Below, one piece after another: positions 9,877-20,582 of a stretch of 64,000 nucleotides of DNA. The stretch lies in contig NZ_JAUBUO010000016.1 in assembly GCF_036702645.1 (NCBI RefSeq), positions 28,186 through 92,185 of the forward strand. Direction: 5' to 3'. The notes under the pieces were generated by a model, which saw nothing but the letters and a program-made list of their open reading frames with translations, was not told the origin of the DNA and ran no database searches. Made by a program: the position numbers and the translations under genes. The number at the start of each line of letters is the position of its first letter. The stretch's first letter is position 1. Source of the DNA: Microcoleus sp. Aus8_D1. GTDB lineage: Bacteria > Cyanobacteriota > Cyanobacteriia > Cyanobacteriales > Microcoleaceae.

Positions 9877-10722
9877 TTATTTGCCTTGAGAGGGAGCAAT
9901 CTTTTGCTGCAACCACGCCATCAGGCGATCGAGCATCAAACCAACCGCCCCAATGTAGAACACCGCTAATAGAATTTCACTGATGTAGTTTTGCTGGTAA
10001 GCATTCCAAATAAAGAAGCCAATACCTGTAATCCCCGACATCACGATTTCTGCTGCAATAATCGCCAGCCAAGCCAAACCGATCGCAATTCTCAATCCGG
10101 TGAAGATATAAGGAAGCGCCGACGGAAACAAGATATTGATGTAATATTCCTTCTGAGTCAGTTGCAGCACTTTCGCTACGTTATTGTAATCGTCGGGAAT
10201 TTGACGGACACCTTCAGCCGTGTTGATCAAAATCGGCCAAACTGAGGTAATAAAAATCACGAACAAAGCAGCAGGTTCGTTTTGTTGCAATGCAGCTAGG
10301 GCGATGGGAACCCAAGCCAGAGGCGCCACCATCCGCAAGAACTGGAAAATCGGGTCTAAAGCCTTGTTTAAAAAGGGATTCGTACCTACCAGAACCCCGA
10401 CGCTAATGCCCACAGCGGCCGCGAGAGTGTAGCCTTTTGCCACCCGCTCCAAACTAGCCAAAGTCTGCCAAAATAAGCCGACTCCGTAGGTTTTGGAGTT
10501 CATGAAAGGATACATCAACAAAATCCGCGTCCGTTCATCCGTCCAAACGCTAGTCGGAGGTGGCAACTTGATGATTCCAGTACCCGAGAGGAATTGCCAA
10601 ACGAACAGAAATCCCAAAAGTCCTAAAATTGGCGGCAATATATTGGCGGAATTCTTCTTCCAAAACTCGCCAAGGACTCCTTGGACATCGACTCCGCCTC
10701 TCCGATTTGTGCTGACAGCCAT
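9877..10722 (-). CDS. nrtB/cmpB: Nitrate/bicarbonate ABC transporter permease (NrtB/CmpB type)
   Basis: 281 aa, multiple TM segments, BPD-transport permease signature region (AAEIVMSGITGIGFFI). Confidence 0.85.
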   Translation of the reverse strand: MAVSTNRRGGVDVQGVLGEFWKKNSANILPPILGLLGFLFVWQFLSGTGIIKLPPPTSVWTDERTRILLMYPFMNSKTYGVGLFWQTLASLERVAKGYTLAAAVGISVGVLVGTNPFLNKALDPIFQFLRMVAPLAWVPIALAALQQNEPAALFVIFITSVWPILINTAEGVRQIPDDYNNVAKVLQLTQKEYYINILFPSALPYIFTGLRIAIGLAWLAIIAAEIVMSGITGIGFFIWNAYQQNYISEILLAVFYIGAVGLMLDRLMAWLQQKIAPSQGK

Positions 10723-10913
10723 GTTGCTAATCTCCTGTGTTTATGCTGTTTTTTTTCGACACTAATACCATTTTTACAAAGTTTTGGCATAGGTGCGTCG
10801 CTGTGAGATTGTCGATCTTTAATTAGGGATTTTTTATGGATCCGCACCCTACGACTAATCTCCGATGTTTCTGCTGTTTCTTTTGAGACTAAGTTATGGG
10901 AAGCTTCTACCCA

Positions 10914-12311
10914 TCACACTTTTTTAATTGCCATACTCTTAAGGTAATCTTCTGGCTTGTCCGGGTGAAATTCTTTGCCATCAAAGAACTTCTCTACGCC
11001 GCGAGACGTATTTTTGGGAATGTCAGCATCAGCAACTCCGGCTAATTTAGCCGCTGCTTTCCACAAGTCTTCGCGGTTGACTTTGCCGATAATTGCCTTA
11101 GAATCTGCCAAGGTTTTTGTGGGCAAGAAACCCCAGCGCACACTTTCGGTTAAGAACCACAAATCGTGGCTCTTGTAAGGATAGGAAACGTTACCGACTC
11201 CATCATTCCAGTAGAGCGTACTCATTTTGAAGTCGTTAATTTCTGGTTTGCCGTCGCCCATGACATACTTGCCTTCGTAAGGAGGAAGCAAAACTTCCTG
11301 CTTTACGTCAAAGAAGTTTTTGCCAGATACAATGGACACCAATTCGGCGCGATTTTCTGGTTTGTCGCACCACTGCTGTGCTTCAATTATTCCTGCTAAC
11401 AGGGCTTCGGTAGCTTTCGGGTGTTTGTCTACCCAGTCGCCGCGAATTGCGAGGTATTCTTCTGGATGTCCTTTCCAGATTTCGGCAGTTAGGGCGGACA
11501 AGAAGCCAATTTTTTCTTTGACAATCCGTAGGGGCCACGGGTCACCTGTACTGAAACCGTCCATGCTGCCGGTTTTCATGTTGGCCACGGTTTGGGCGGC
11601 TGGTACTGTTAGCAACTCGACATCTACGTCGGGATTGATGCCGTTAGCTGCTAGCCAGTAGCGAATCCACAAATCTTGATTGGCTTTGGGAAATGTGTAG
11701 GCTGCTTTAAAGGGCGTGCCTGCTTTCTTGAGTCCGAGGATGTAGTCTTGGGCGGATTTTTCTAGTTTGAGTCCGAGGCCTTTACCTTCATGTTTGGCTG
11801 CGATCGCAATTCCATTTCCCTGAGTGTTTAGCTGTAACAGCACGTACATCGGGATTTGGGTGCTGTTTTTGGTGATCAGGCCTTGGCTAATCAAGTAGGG
11901 CATCGGCATTTGCCACTGGCCGCCGTCAATGCCGCCACCAGCGGAGCCGATTTCTACGTTGTCTCTTGCCGAACCCCAGTTGGCTTGTTTGGCAATTGTC
12001 ACCTCGGTCATGCCATATTTGGCAAAGAAGCCTTTTTCTTGGGCAATAATTAAAGGTGCTGATTCGACGATCGGGATATATCCCAATGTAATCTTCGTGC
12101 TTTCGATGCCTTCTACTCTTTTCTCGTTGGCCACAGCAACTGCTGATGTGGCAGCAGGGACTGCGCCGCCGGCACCTGAACCACCGCCAGCACTAGCACT
12201 CGGTTCGGGGGGATTTCCCAAACAGCCTTTGAGCAGTATGGAACTGACGGCAGATGCACCTGCTGTCACGATAAATTTGCGCCGCGAAAAATTTTCTGAA
12301 AATTTTGTCAT
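10914..12311 (-). CDS. nrtA/cmpA: Nitrate/bicarbonate ABC transporter periplasmic substrate-binding lipoprotein (NrtA/CmpA family)
   Basis: Tat-like RRKF plus lipobox LKGC; Gly/Ala linker; conserved [38 protein letters not shown] blocks. Cannot decide nitrate versus bicarbonate from sequence alone. Confidence 0.85.
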   Translation of the reverse strand: MTKFSENFSRRKFIVTAGASAVSSILLKGCLGNPPEPSASAGGGSGAGGAVPAATSAVAVANEKRVEGIESTKITLGYIPIVESAPLIIAQEKGFFAKYGMTEVTIAKQANWGSARDNVEIGSAGGGIDGGQWQMPMPYLISQGLITKNSTQIPMYVLLQLNTQGNGIAIAAKHEGKGLGLKLEKSAQDYILGLKKAGTPFKAAYTFPKANQDLWIRYWLAANGINPDVDVELLTVPAAQTVANMKTGSMDGFSTGDPWPLRIVKEKIGFLSALTAEIWKGHPEEYLAIRGDWVDKHPKATEALLAGIIEAQQWCDKPENRAELVSIVSGKNFFDVKQEVLLPPYEGKYVMGDGKPEINDFKMSTLYWNDGVGNVSYPYKSHDLWFLTESVRWGFLPTKTLADSKAIIGKVNREDLWKAAAKLAGVADADIPKNTSRGVEKFFDGKEFHPDKPEDYLKSMAIKKV

Positions 12312-13044
12312 AGCCTAGCCTCGCTCCAATACATAATCTTCTGTAACGACATCACTGAAGTTTATCAAAGCACTTTTTTGTTGTTCGCTAATTGGCCTTT
12401 AGCAAACTATTTTTAGCGCAGGGAAAGCAGGAGGGATCAAAAGATTTATTGCTAGCATAAGTCTTTCAACTATCCCTGCTGATTTTACACTTTTGATTAA
12501 CTTGATATTGCGATCGGCCAAGTTGCGTTAACTCGCCAACAGCGAGCTCCACGTTTTCCAGGCTTGATTATTCAGTTTACCGTACTGTAGCTGTAATTAT
12601 AAAACAAATATTAAATTTAAATGATAAGTATATGTTGTAGGATGTTGCGTTTTATTAAGTAGTCCTTGGTATTGGTGGTTTGTTTGACCCGAGCGGGAAT
12701 ATTTCACAAAAAGCTTACACTGCAAGCTTTTGGGCAGTTTCCCCCTGCCGGCATTCTCATTGTTGTCAATGAGTTTGCAAATCTCATACTTTTGGTATAT
12801 TGACCATATTTCAAAAATATTATATAAGCGGTTGAGGTGCTGCCGATCGAGCGATCGCCCGTGAATGCGGGGCTTATATGAGAAAAAAATCAAGTTTTGA
12901 ATGTTTTGCTGAGAGACAGGCTCCCAGCAAAACACTCAAAACTCATAATGGTCAAGTATTCCATTGTCGGTAAGTAGAAGTCCGATGGAAGTCGTCAAGC
13001 GTTAAGTCGTCAAGCGTGAAGTCGAAAGAACAACCATAATCAGA

Positions 13045-13262
13045 TTGGTTCGAGCGTTCCGAATGCGAGTCCTTGATGGATGCGGACGCTCAGTCCTCAG
13101 GAGCGAACCTTTTTTGTTCGAGCGTTCCGAATGCGAGTCCTTGATGGATGCGGATGCTCAGTCCTCAGGAGCGAACCTTTTTTTGTTCGAGCGTTCCGAA
13201 TGCGAGTCCTTGATGGATGCGGACGCTCAGTCCTCAGGAGCGAACCTTTTTTGAATGCGGAA
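13045..13262. repeat. Tandem direct repeat, ~72-bp unit x 3, each ending in a T6-7 run; immediately 3' of the ATPase gene
   Basis: Unit gttcgagcgttccgaatgcgagtccttgatggatgcggacgctcagtcctcaggagcgaacctttttt read three times. Confidence 0.9.
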
Positions 13263-13267
13263 TCCAG

Positions 13268-16036
13268 TTAGTTGGGGGGATCGAAGCGGTTGACAGACAG
13301 CGCAACGCCAATCATCGGTAGCGCGACGCCGAAGCAAATGAGCCACTGATCTAGGTTCATGGGAGCTGTCTCGAAGATGCGATTGATAAACGGAGAATTA
13401 GCAAAGATAATCTGCAAAATTACAGCTACGACAATTCCGACACCGAGGGCGGGAGCTCCGCTAACTTTTTCCTGAGAACCGCTAAATTTAGCCATCAAAG
13501 AAGGCAACAATTGGCTGAGACTCAGCAGGTAAAAAATTCTGCCCATTACTAAAGCTTGAATCGCCATTGTTCGGGCTAGCGGCAAAGTTCCCCAATCGGC
13601 TTGACGCACCCATTCAAACATTCCGAAAATTATCGTCCAATTGTACAGAGAAATAGCTAAGATCCGCTTGATCCGATTTTCTGTGAGGAAAGGTTCGTTG
13701 ACTGGGCGCGGCTGCTGTTTCATCACTCCGGGAGACTTGGGCTCGAAAGCGAGGGGCACAGTCATGGTGATCGAGTTGAGCATATTCAGCCAGAGGATTT
13801 GTAGCGACAAAATCGGCAATTCTCGCCCGAGTAGGGTGCTGAGCAAGATTGTCATTGATTCTCCGCCGTTGACTGGGAGAATGAAGCTGATGGATTTAAG
13901 TAGGTTTTTGTAGACCGATCGCCCTTCTTCTACCGCAGACTCGATCGACGCAAAGTTATCATCGGTCAAAATCATGTCGGCGGCTTCCTTAGAAACCTCT
14001 GTACCGCTACCCATTGCGATGCCGATATCCGCTTGTTTCAGGGCGGGGGCGTCGTTAACGCCGTCTCCTGTCATGGCGACAATTTCGCCTTTTTGCTGCA
14101 AAGCTTCTACGAGGCGCAGTTTTTGTTCTGGGGCGACGCGAGCAAAAACTGAGCCGGCTTCTACGGCTTCGGCTAGTGTGTTTTTGTCCATTTCGGCGAG
14201 CTGGGCGCCGGTGTAGGCTACGAGTTCTCTATTGTGTTTGGTTTTGCGGAATCCCATCCGGCGGGCGATCGCCCTAGCGGTAGCGATGTGGTCGCCGGTA
14301 ATCATTTTAACTTGGATGCCGGCGGTTTGGCAGGCTTGGACGGCGGCGATCGCAGAGGCGCGCGGCGGATCGATCATTCCTTGGAGTCCTAGGAAAATTA
14401 GCCCTGATTCTATGTCTGAGTGAGCAACGGAGTTCTGTTCGTCGGGAACGACTTTTTTAGCCAAAGCTAGGACGCGCAAGCCTCGATCGGCCATTGCATC
14501 GACTTGGTGGTGAATTTGTTCGCGATCGACTGCTGTCGGATTTCCTTCTGTGTCGAGACTGGAACCGCAGCGCATCAGAATTGATTCGACGGAACCTTTG
14601 ACATATAAAATTTTGTGGCTTGTCGGAGTTCGGTGCAGTGTCGCCATGTATTGAAACTGAGATTCAAAGGGAATTGAATCGAGGCGCGGCATTGACTTGG
14701 ACAAGACTTGCTGGGTTAGTTCTGCTTTTTTGGCGACAGCAATTAAAGCTCCTTCTGTCGGATCGCCGACGACAATCCAATCATTATCTTTGAATTCCAG
14801 TTGAGAGTCGTTACAAATCATTCCGGCTTGCAAACATTCTTGCAAAGTTGGAGATTGACTGACACTAATTGGGAGTTGGTTGAGTTGAATTTCACCTTCG
14901 GGGCTGTATCCCGTACCTGTAACTGAGTAGGATTTGCCGCCAGAATAGATTTCTTGCACCGTCATCTGATTTTCTGTCAAAGTTCCGGTTTTGTCGGAAC
15001 AGATGACTGTGGCGCCGCCGAGGGTTTCTACGGCGGGGAGTTTGCGGACGATCGCGTGTTTGGCCGCCATTCGGGAAACACCGACGGCTAGGGTGACGGT
15101 GATGACGGCGGGGAGGCCTTCGGGAATGGCGCCGACGATGAGGGCGACGGCGGGTTCGACTGCTTCTTTAAAGGCTGAAACTCCGGCTGGGACTGGTCGT
15201 CCTAAACGCACTGCAAAGGTCAATGTTGCCATTGCTAGGACGAATAAGAGCCAATTTTGACTGAATTGGTTAAATTTGCGGGTGAGGGGTGTGGTGAGGT
15301 CGATGTGGCGATCGAGTAATTGGGAAATTTTGCCGGTTTCGGTGTTGTTGGCGATCGCAATTACGATACCGCTACCTTGGCCGAAGGTAACGAAACTACC
15401 CGCGTAAGCCATGTTATCGCGTTCTGCGAGGGGAGTTTCTTGCGGCAAAACTAAGTCTCCCGACTGTCCGAGTTCTTTTTCGACAGCAAGGGATTCGCCT
15501 GTAAGTCCCGATTCATCAATTTGTAAGTCGCGCACTTTCACCAAGCGCAAATCGGCGGGCACTTTGTCGCCGGAAGTTAGAGTTACTAAGTCGCCGACAA
15601 CAAGTTCTTTTGAGGGAACTCTTAATTTTTTGCCGCCCCGAATGACTGTAGCTTCGGTGGTGACTGCTTGGGCTAGGGCTTCAATTTTTTTCTCAGCGCC
15701 TGCTTCTTGGATGAAACTAATAGTAGCGTTGGTGGTTGTGACTCCCCAAATGACGCTGGCGTTGAGCCATTCTCCGATTACTGCTTTGATTAAACCTGCA
15801 CTCAGCAAGATAATTAGCAAAGGTTGGTTGAATTGCAGGATGAATTTTAACCAAGCTGGTTTCCCGGCTCTGACTGTTAGTTCGTTTGACCCAAATTTCT
15901 GTTGGCGGCTGGCTGCTTCTGCTGGATCTAAACCGTTTTCCAGATTGGTTTCTAACGTACTTGCAACTTTGGATCTTTCTAAGTAGTGCCAATATTGCTC
16001 TGCTACGTCTACATCGTTGGCGGCTTTTGCTGGCAT
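13268..16036 (-). CDS. P-type cation-transporting ATPase (P2-type, PacL/Ca2+-ATPase-like)
   Basis: DKTGTLT phosphorylation motif, [31 protein letters not shown] hinge; 922 aa with N- and C-terminal TM bundles. Confidence 0.9.
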   Translation of the reverse strand: MPAKAANDVDVAEQYWHYLERSKVASTLETNLENGLDPAEAASRQQKFGSNELTVRAGKPAWLKFILQFNQPLLIILLSAGLIKAVIGEWLNASVIWGVTTTNATISFIQEAGAEKKIEALAQAVTTEATVIRGGKKLRVPSKELVVGDLVTLTSGDKVPADLRLVKVRDLQIDESGLTGESLAVEKELGQSGDLVLPQETPLAERDNMAYAGSFVTFGQGSGIVIAIANNTETGKISQLLDRHIDLTTPLTRKFNQFSQNWLLFVLAMATLTFAVRLGRPVPAGVSAFKEAVEPAVALIVGAIPEGLPAVITVTLAVGVSRMAAKHAIVRKLPAVETLGGATVICSDKTGTLTENQMTVQEIYSGGKSYSVTGTGYSPEGEIQLNQLPISVSQSPTLQECLQAGMICNDSQLEFKDNDWIVVGDPTEGALIAVAKKAELTQQVLSKSMPRLDSIPFESQFQYMATLHRTPTSHKILYVKGSVESILMRCGSSLDTEGNPTAVDREQIHHQVDAMADRGLRVLALAKKVVPDEQNSVAHSDIESGLIFLGLQGMIDPPRASAIAAVQACQTAGIQVKMITGDHIATARAIARRMGFRKTKHNRELVAYTGAQLAEMDKNTLAEAVEAGSVFARVAPEQKLRLVEALQQKGEIVAMTGDGVNDAPALKQADIGIAMGSGTEVSKEAADMILTDDNFASIESAVEEGRSVYKNLLKSISFILPVNGGESMTILLSTLLGRELPILSLQILWLNMLNSITMTVPLAFEPKSPGVMKQQPRPVNEPFLTENRIKRILAISLYNWTIIFGMFEWVRQADWGTLPLARTMAIQALVMGRIFYLLSLSQLLPSLMAKFSGSQEKVSGAPALGVGIVVAVILQIIFANSPFINRIFETAPMNLDQWLICFGVALPMIGVALSVNRFDPPN

Positions 16037-16515
16037 GATTTTTCCTATTTTTTGCTGTGGTGAGATTTGATCGAGCTTTGATCGGCGCGTTCAATACAAC
16101 TCCTAGCTTGTTGGAGCGTGAATATATTGACCGACTATGAGGTTTGTTGATTGCCTTAATGCGTTGTGAGTTAGATCGATTTTACGACAGATGTGTCTGT
16201 TTTTGGCAATTAGGTTTGGGAAATTCTTTTCGGTGCTAAATCTTTTTGGGGAGTTTTACAAATTGGTAAAAAAAGTTACTCAAATCCTTGACATTTGACA
16301 AGTTTTAGGCTGTATAGAGTCCTGATCCCTTTAGCATAAACGGTTTGATTCCCGTACTCTGCAACTGTCAATTGTCAACTGTCCACTGCTATATGTCTTC
16401 CTTGTCTTGTTAATTGGGCAATTTGCTGCTGTGCCATATTTTCACTATTCTATTGCCCCACGGTCGATCGCGAGTGCGTGTTAAAACCTAGGTTAAACAA
16501 CAAAATTTTGAGCTC

Positions 16516-17541
16516 ATGGAAATAGTGGTAACGCTGCTGCTGGGTTCGGCGCTGTTTGTCTGGGGAATGCGGTTGGGAAGGGCGTTAGTGCGATCGGGTG
16601 TGACGGCTAAGGATCTGTTTAAGGGCCGAAATTCGATCGCCCTGCTGTTTTTGGGTTTTTATATTGGCTTGCTGCTGCTGGCGTTAAATCTGCCTCAAAT
16701 GCCTGTTTTGCCGATCGAGTGGCGATTCCACGGGATGCGAGTAACTTGGACTCTGCTGCGGGTGATGCTGATGGGAGTCTGCGGGATTGGGTTTACTGTA
16801 AGTTGGTTGACGGCGCGATCGCAAGTAATAGCAGTAATTTTAATTGGCTTGTTGGGCTTGGGAGGATTTACAAGCGCTGAATCCTATTTTATGGCACCAA
16901 TTTATGCTGATTTAATCGATAATTTGCAACCGAATGGCGTGTTTCGCCAAACATCTGACAGCAGTTGCGCGCCGGCGGCTTTAGCAACAGTTTTGAAGCG
17001 TTGGGGAATGGATGCGACGGAATCGAGTGTGGCGCGTTTTGCCGGCACAAGTCGTTTGGGAACTTCGATGCCGCAGTTAATTGTAGCAGCAAGAGCTTTG
17101 GGAATGCAGGGAATTGAACTAACTCCGAGTTGGGAACAAATGCAGCAAATCAATCGCCCCGGAGTGCTGTCAATTTCGCTGGCTACTGGGGCTATCAAAC
17201 GGCCGCACGCGGTGGCTTTGCTGGGGATAAATGACAGTGTAGCTATGATTGGCGATCCGGCGCGGGGGAAGATTTTTTATTTCGACAGGCCAACTTTAGC
17301 TCGATTTTGGCTGAATAATGAATACGTGCCGATTTTTCGCGCGACTGATATTTTATTAAGTGACAAGCAAGCTGTTGATTATTTGACTAAATTAGGATAT
17401 AACTCTGGTAATTTGCCAGCAGATATCGAGCGCTTTCAAACAGACAAACAAATGAAAGTCAGCGGCAAATTAGATAGGATGACTGAGTTAATGTTGAGCG
17501 GCCCTTTCTTGGAAGGCGTGCCGAGGTTGGATGGGAAATAA
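16516..17541 (+). CDS. Membrane-anchored peptidase C39-like domain protein with C-terminal peptidoglycan-binding-like domain
   Basis: 4-5 N-terminal TM helices; DSSCAPAALATVLKRWG (C39 catalytic Cys motif), downstream His (RPHAVALLG); C-terminal AVDYLTKLGYNSGNLPADIERFQ resembles PG_binding_1. Confidence 0.6.
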   Translation: MEIVVTLLLGSALFVWGMRLGRALVRSGVTAKDLFKGRNSIALLFLGFYIGLLLLALNLPQMPVLPIEWRFHGMRVTWTLLRVMLMGVCGIGFTVSWLTARSQVIAVILIGLLGLGGFTSAESYFMAPIYADLIDNLQPNGVFRQTSDSSCAPAALATVLKRWGMDATESSVARFAGTSRLGTSMPQLIVAARALGMQGIELTPSWEQMQQINRPGVLSISLATGAIKRPHAVALLGINDSVAMIGDPARGKIFYFDRPTLARFWLNNEYVPIFRATDILLSDKQAVDYLTKLGYNSGNLPADIERFQTDKQMKVSGKLDRMTELMLSGPFLEGVPRLDGK

Positions 17542-17725
17542 GCCAGGAAATGTAGGGGCGGGCGATGCCCTGAGCCTAGTCGAAGGGTTCACCAACCACA
17601 AACGCCAATAATTGCTGGCATCAAAAATCCGCCCCCACCAAACAAAAAATCAAAATGTACATTATTAGAAATAAGGTACTTTTTTTGAGTGTTCAAATTA
17701 ATCATATTTTTTTCTACCAAATTAG

Positions 17726-18094
17726 CTATTTCTTAAGGCTAAACTCAGCAGGCAATGGTTGTAATTTTTTAGCAATATCTAACAGATAATCTTTGGCTAA
17801 GCTATCGAGATTTGTGCTGTTTCTTGATAAATATGAACTTAAAAATATAGGTTTAGAAAGCCCTTTAAGTGTGACCCCTGCTATCTCATAATTTAATAAA
17901 TATGGATAAATATCTTGAAAAACGGCATCTGCTAAATTGCAATCGAATAGCTCGACAAATGCAAAAATAACTTGTCTAGTATCAAAAAAATAACAACTTC
18001 CTAGGAGTTCCTGTTCTGGACTGATGTAAAAAGTTTGCTTTGTACGGTGGCCAGAACTTTTCCATAACAGTTCTCCCATATTTTGCCTGCACAA
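17726..18094 (-). CDS. Hypothetical 122-aa ORF in the same frame as, and separated by a single TGA from, the upstream GIY-YIG ORF
   Basis: Minus-strand frame continuity checked: TGA (18098..18100), GTT, TTG ...; may be the C-terminal part of an interrupted gene. Confidence 0.35.
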   Translation of the reverse strand: MCRQNMGELLWKSSGHRTKQTFYISPEQELLGSCYFFDTRQVIFAFVELFDCNLADAVFQDIYPYLLNYEIAGVTLKGLSKPIFLSSYLSRNSTNLDSLAKDYLLDIAKKLQPLPAEFSLKK

Positions 18095-18097
18095 AAC

Positions 18098-18589
18098 TCA
18101 AATATGTAACTGCTGGTTTTCATATACACCAGCAACAAAACCCCGAAATAAATCGTAGGGTTCTCTGGGAATCGTTTGACCATTAAGCGATTTGTATTTT
18201 ATTGAAGGAAAAAGAGGCTGGCTGGGAAGCTTAAGCAATCGCTGCAACTCAGAAAACCGGGTAATGGTTTTGGGCAAATATTTTTTGACTCTCCCATAGT
18301 TCAGTAAGGGATTAAGTTCTTCGATATATTGACACTCTAACTCGTTCAATTCAGAAACGGAAGCTAGAATATATTTAATAACAATTTTATCCAATCCTTT
18401 TCTAGCAAGTTGCTTGTAGCGGTGATGGCTCGCTCCTGCCCAACGTTTGCGTAAGTTCTTGGCTTGACCAATATAAAATAATTGTTCGCGTTCACCGACC
18501 ACGAAATAAATACCTGGATGGTCAGGAAGCTGGTGGCGAAGACGTAGGGTTAACTGCCCAGACATAGGATCTAGACTACTTGGATTCAT
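18098..18589 (-). CDS. GIY-YIG nuclease family protein (start chosen at MNPSSLDP to avoid overlap with upstream gene)
   Basis: GIYFVVGEREQLFYIGQAKNLRKRW... E...N motif order typical of GIY-YIG. Confidence 0.6.
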   Translation of the reverse strand: MNPSSLDPMSGQLTLRLRHQLPDHPGIYFVVGEREQLFYIGQAKNLRKRWAGASHHRYKQLARKGLDKIVIKYILASVSELNELECQYIEELNPLLNYGRVKKYLPKTITRFSELQRLLKLPSQPLFPSIKYKSLNGQTIPREPYDLFRGFVAGVYENQQLHI

Positions 18590-18611
18590 AATTTTATTCC
18601 CTGTTGCTAAG

Positions 18612-19643
18612 TTATCTTGATTGTACCTGAAACTCAGTAGATTTAACCACATTCATCCCCGCCTGCGCGAATCTTAAAAAAGCCGCATCTGCTTGTTCAG
18701 TAAAATCAACAACACCAGGAACAACCACCGGCGAAGTACAATCTTCCAACAAATAAACCTTCCTAGCCAACATAGAATCCCGCGCCACAATTTCAGTCAA
18801 CAAATCATCAATCGTCCAAGCAACACAGTGACTCTTCGCTTGTCCCGCAATAATTACCGCATCAAACTCTAACAACTTATCAATAAACGCAGCATTTTTA
18901 TGAGCAATCGGATTTCCGTCGGCCCCATCTAACACTTCCGGCTGCAAAACCGAATAGTTTTCAGTTAAGGGATTCCCACCTTTAATCTCAAAAAGTGCTT
19001 GACTGTTGCGCGCCATACTGTGAAAAAATATCGCTTCTTCCACGGCGGAAACCAGGGCGTGTCCGATGCCGCCCAACATCGAGTGATAGGGCCAAATTGT
19101 CAAGGGAAATTTGCCATTGTCGCTGAGTTTCTGCACGTAGTGAAGGCAGTGTTTTTGTAGTTCCGCATAATTCCCGCCCGCGATGCTATCGGCGACGGCT
19201 GGGTTGACTTTCCAAATTCCTTGCTGCACATCTTCTAGAGTAATTAATGTGGCGGCGGGAATGGGGTTTTCGCCTGCATCATCGATCCAAAATATGGGAT
19301 GGAAAATTTGCATAGCGGTGTGCGTATCCATCGTCGGCGCAATCGTGGTAATTGCGTTTAAGTTGCGATAGATGAATTCGCACAGCCGCAAGTTGTCATC
19401 AACAGCACCGCTACCGGAACGCCCGCCGACAAATAGTTCAAATTCCGGTACGCAAAATGTATTTTGGGCATCAATTATTAGCAAACAAATTCGCTTTTCG
19501 TCGCTAGCTGCTGGCTGAATACTATGTTTCCAGGCCCAATTATTAGCTTCAGTCGCTCTTTCTTGATAGGGAACTCGCCAGATTTCACTGATTTTATGGG
19601 CGTCGAAATATTCTGGAATTGGGAGTTGTGCTTTTGTGGTCAT
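18612..19643 (-). CDS. Isochorismatase-family / cysteine hydrolase-like protein with N-terminal extension
   Basis: CLLIIDAQNTF (DxQxxF) and a C-terminal catalytic-Cys region (AKSHCVAWTIDD) characteristic of isochorismatase-like hydrolases. Confidence 0.6.
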   Translation of the reverse strand: MTTKAQLPIPEYFDAHKISEIWRVPYQERATEANNWAWKHSIQPAASDEKRICLLIIDAQNTFCVPEFELFVGGRSGSGAVDDNLRLCEFIYRNLNAITTIAPTMDTHTAMQIFHPIFWIDDAGENPIPAATLITLEDVQQGIWKVNPAVADSIAGGNYAELQKHCLHYVQKLSDNGKFPLTIWPYHSMLGGIGHALVSAVEEAIFFHSMARNSQALFEIKGGNPLTENYSVLQPEVLDGADGNPIAHKNAAFIDKLLEFDAVIIAGQAKSHCVAWTIDDLLTEIVARDSMLARKVYLLEDCTSPVVVPGVVDFTEQADAAFLRFAQAGMNVVKSTEFQVQSR

Positions 19644-19840
19644 GGTTGATATCGTAAGTTAACAACGGGTGCATCTGGTTTTTGAATAGGGCTATAGCAT
19701 GACCGCAGATCAGTTATTAGTTATAATCTCATATTGAATGCGGTCATGCTTCCCCCCTACACATATATTTGCTTGCGCATGAGATGCACCCGTTAACAAC
19801 TGCTATATAATGCTGGTATCTATCTATTTATCGGTCAATT

Positions 19841-20572
19841 ATGGAGCCAGAAGCAAATCAGATTTCTAGCAGGTATACTTTTAAACGCAGATTGTTGTTT
19901 TTGTCGATCGCCCTTGCAGTCCCTCTTTTAATTGTAGCAACTAGATCCGCCTACGTTCAAGGACTGTTAAGAGCTGTTTTAATCCAAATCGAGCATTTAG
20001 GCGTCTGGGGCCCGATCGCCTTTATCGCTACCTACAACTTCGCTACGATACTATTTATACCTGGTTCCGTGCTGACCTTGGGAGGCGGAGTGCTGTTTGG
20101 GCTGTGGTGGGGTTCGATATACGTGTTAATCGCCGCCACCTTAGGGGCGACCTTTGCTTTTCTGATCGGGCGATACCTGTCGCGCGATCGCGTGCTAAGA
20201 TATATGGAAGCTCACCCAAAGTTCAAAGCCCTCGATCGCGCCGTTGCTAAAGAAGGATTAAAAATAGTCTTTTTGACTCGTCTTTGTCCTTTATTTCCTT
20301 TCAATTTATTGAATTACGCTTTGGGGATTACTCAGGTTTCTTTGAAAGATTATGTATTAGGTTCTTCCGGCATGATTCCGGGAACCGTGATGTACGTTTA
20401 CTCAGGTTCTTTGGTAGGAAATATTGCAGCTATATGTACGGCAAATCAGCCTGCAAATCCTCAAGCCGAACTTGTAAAATGGTTGATTAATACCATCAGT
20501 TTTACGGCTGCTGTCGCCGTCACCCTCTATATAACTCGGATTGCTCGCAAGGCTTTAGATGAAACTATTTAA
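19841..20572 (+). CDS. TVP38/TMEM64 (DedA-related) family membrane protein
   Basis: Multi-TM; VLTLGGGVLFGLWWG...FLIGRYLSRDRV motif typical of TVP38 family; forms a conserved pair with the downstream oxidoreductase. Confidence 0.7.
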   Translation: MEPEANQISSRYTFKRRLLFLSIALAVPLLIVATRSAYVQGLLRAVLIQIEHLGVWGPIAFIATYNFATILFIPGSVLTLGGGVLFGLWWGSIYVLIAATLGATFAFLIGRYLSRDRVLRYMEAHPKFKALDRAVAKEGLKIVFLTRLCPLFPFNLLNYALGITQVSLKDYVLGSSGMIPGTVMYVYSGSLVGNIAAICTANQPANPQAELVKWLINTISFTAAVAVTLYITRIARKALDETI

Positions 20573-20582
20573 TTAGGAACAT

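Noticed and set aside
12312-12600. NtcA binding site (GTA-N8-TAC) for the nrt-type operon
   Set aside because: No canonical site found by eye. The best candidate TGTAGCTGTAATTATA has TAT instead of TAC and lies ~270 bp upstream, so it was left uncalled.
12597-12935. 112-aa minus-strand ORF upstream of the transporter operon
   Set aside because: AT-rich promoter-like region, low-complexity translation (N/I/Y/K-rich), no motifs; more likely the operon's regulatory region.
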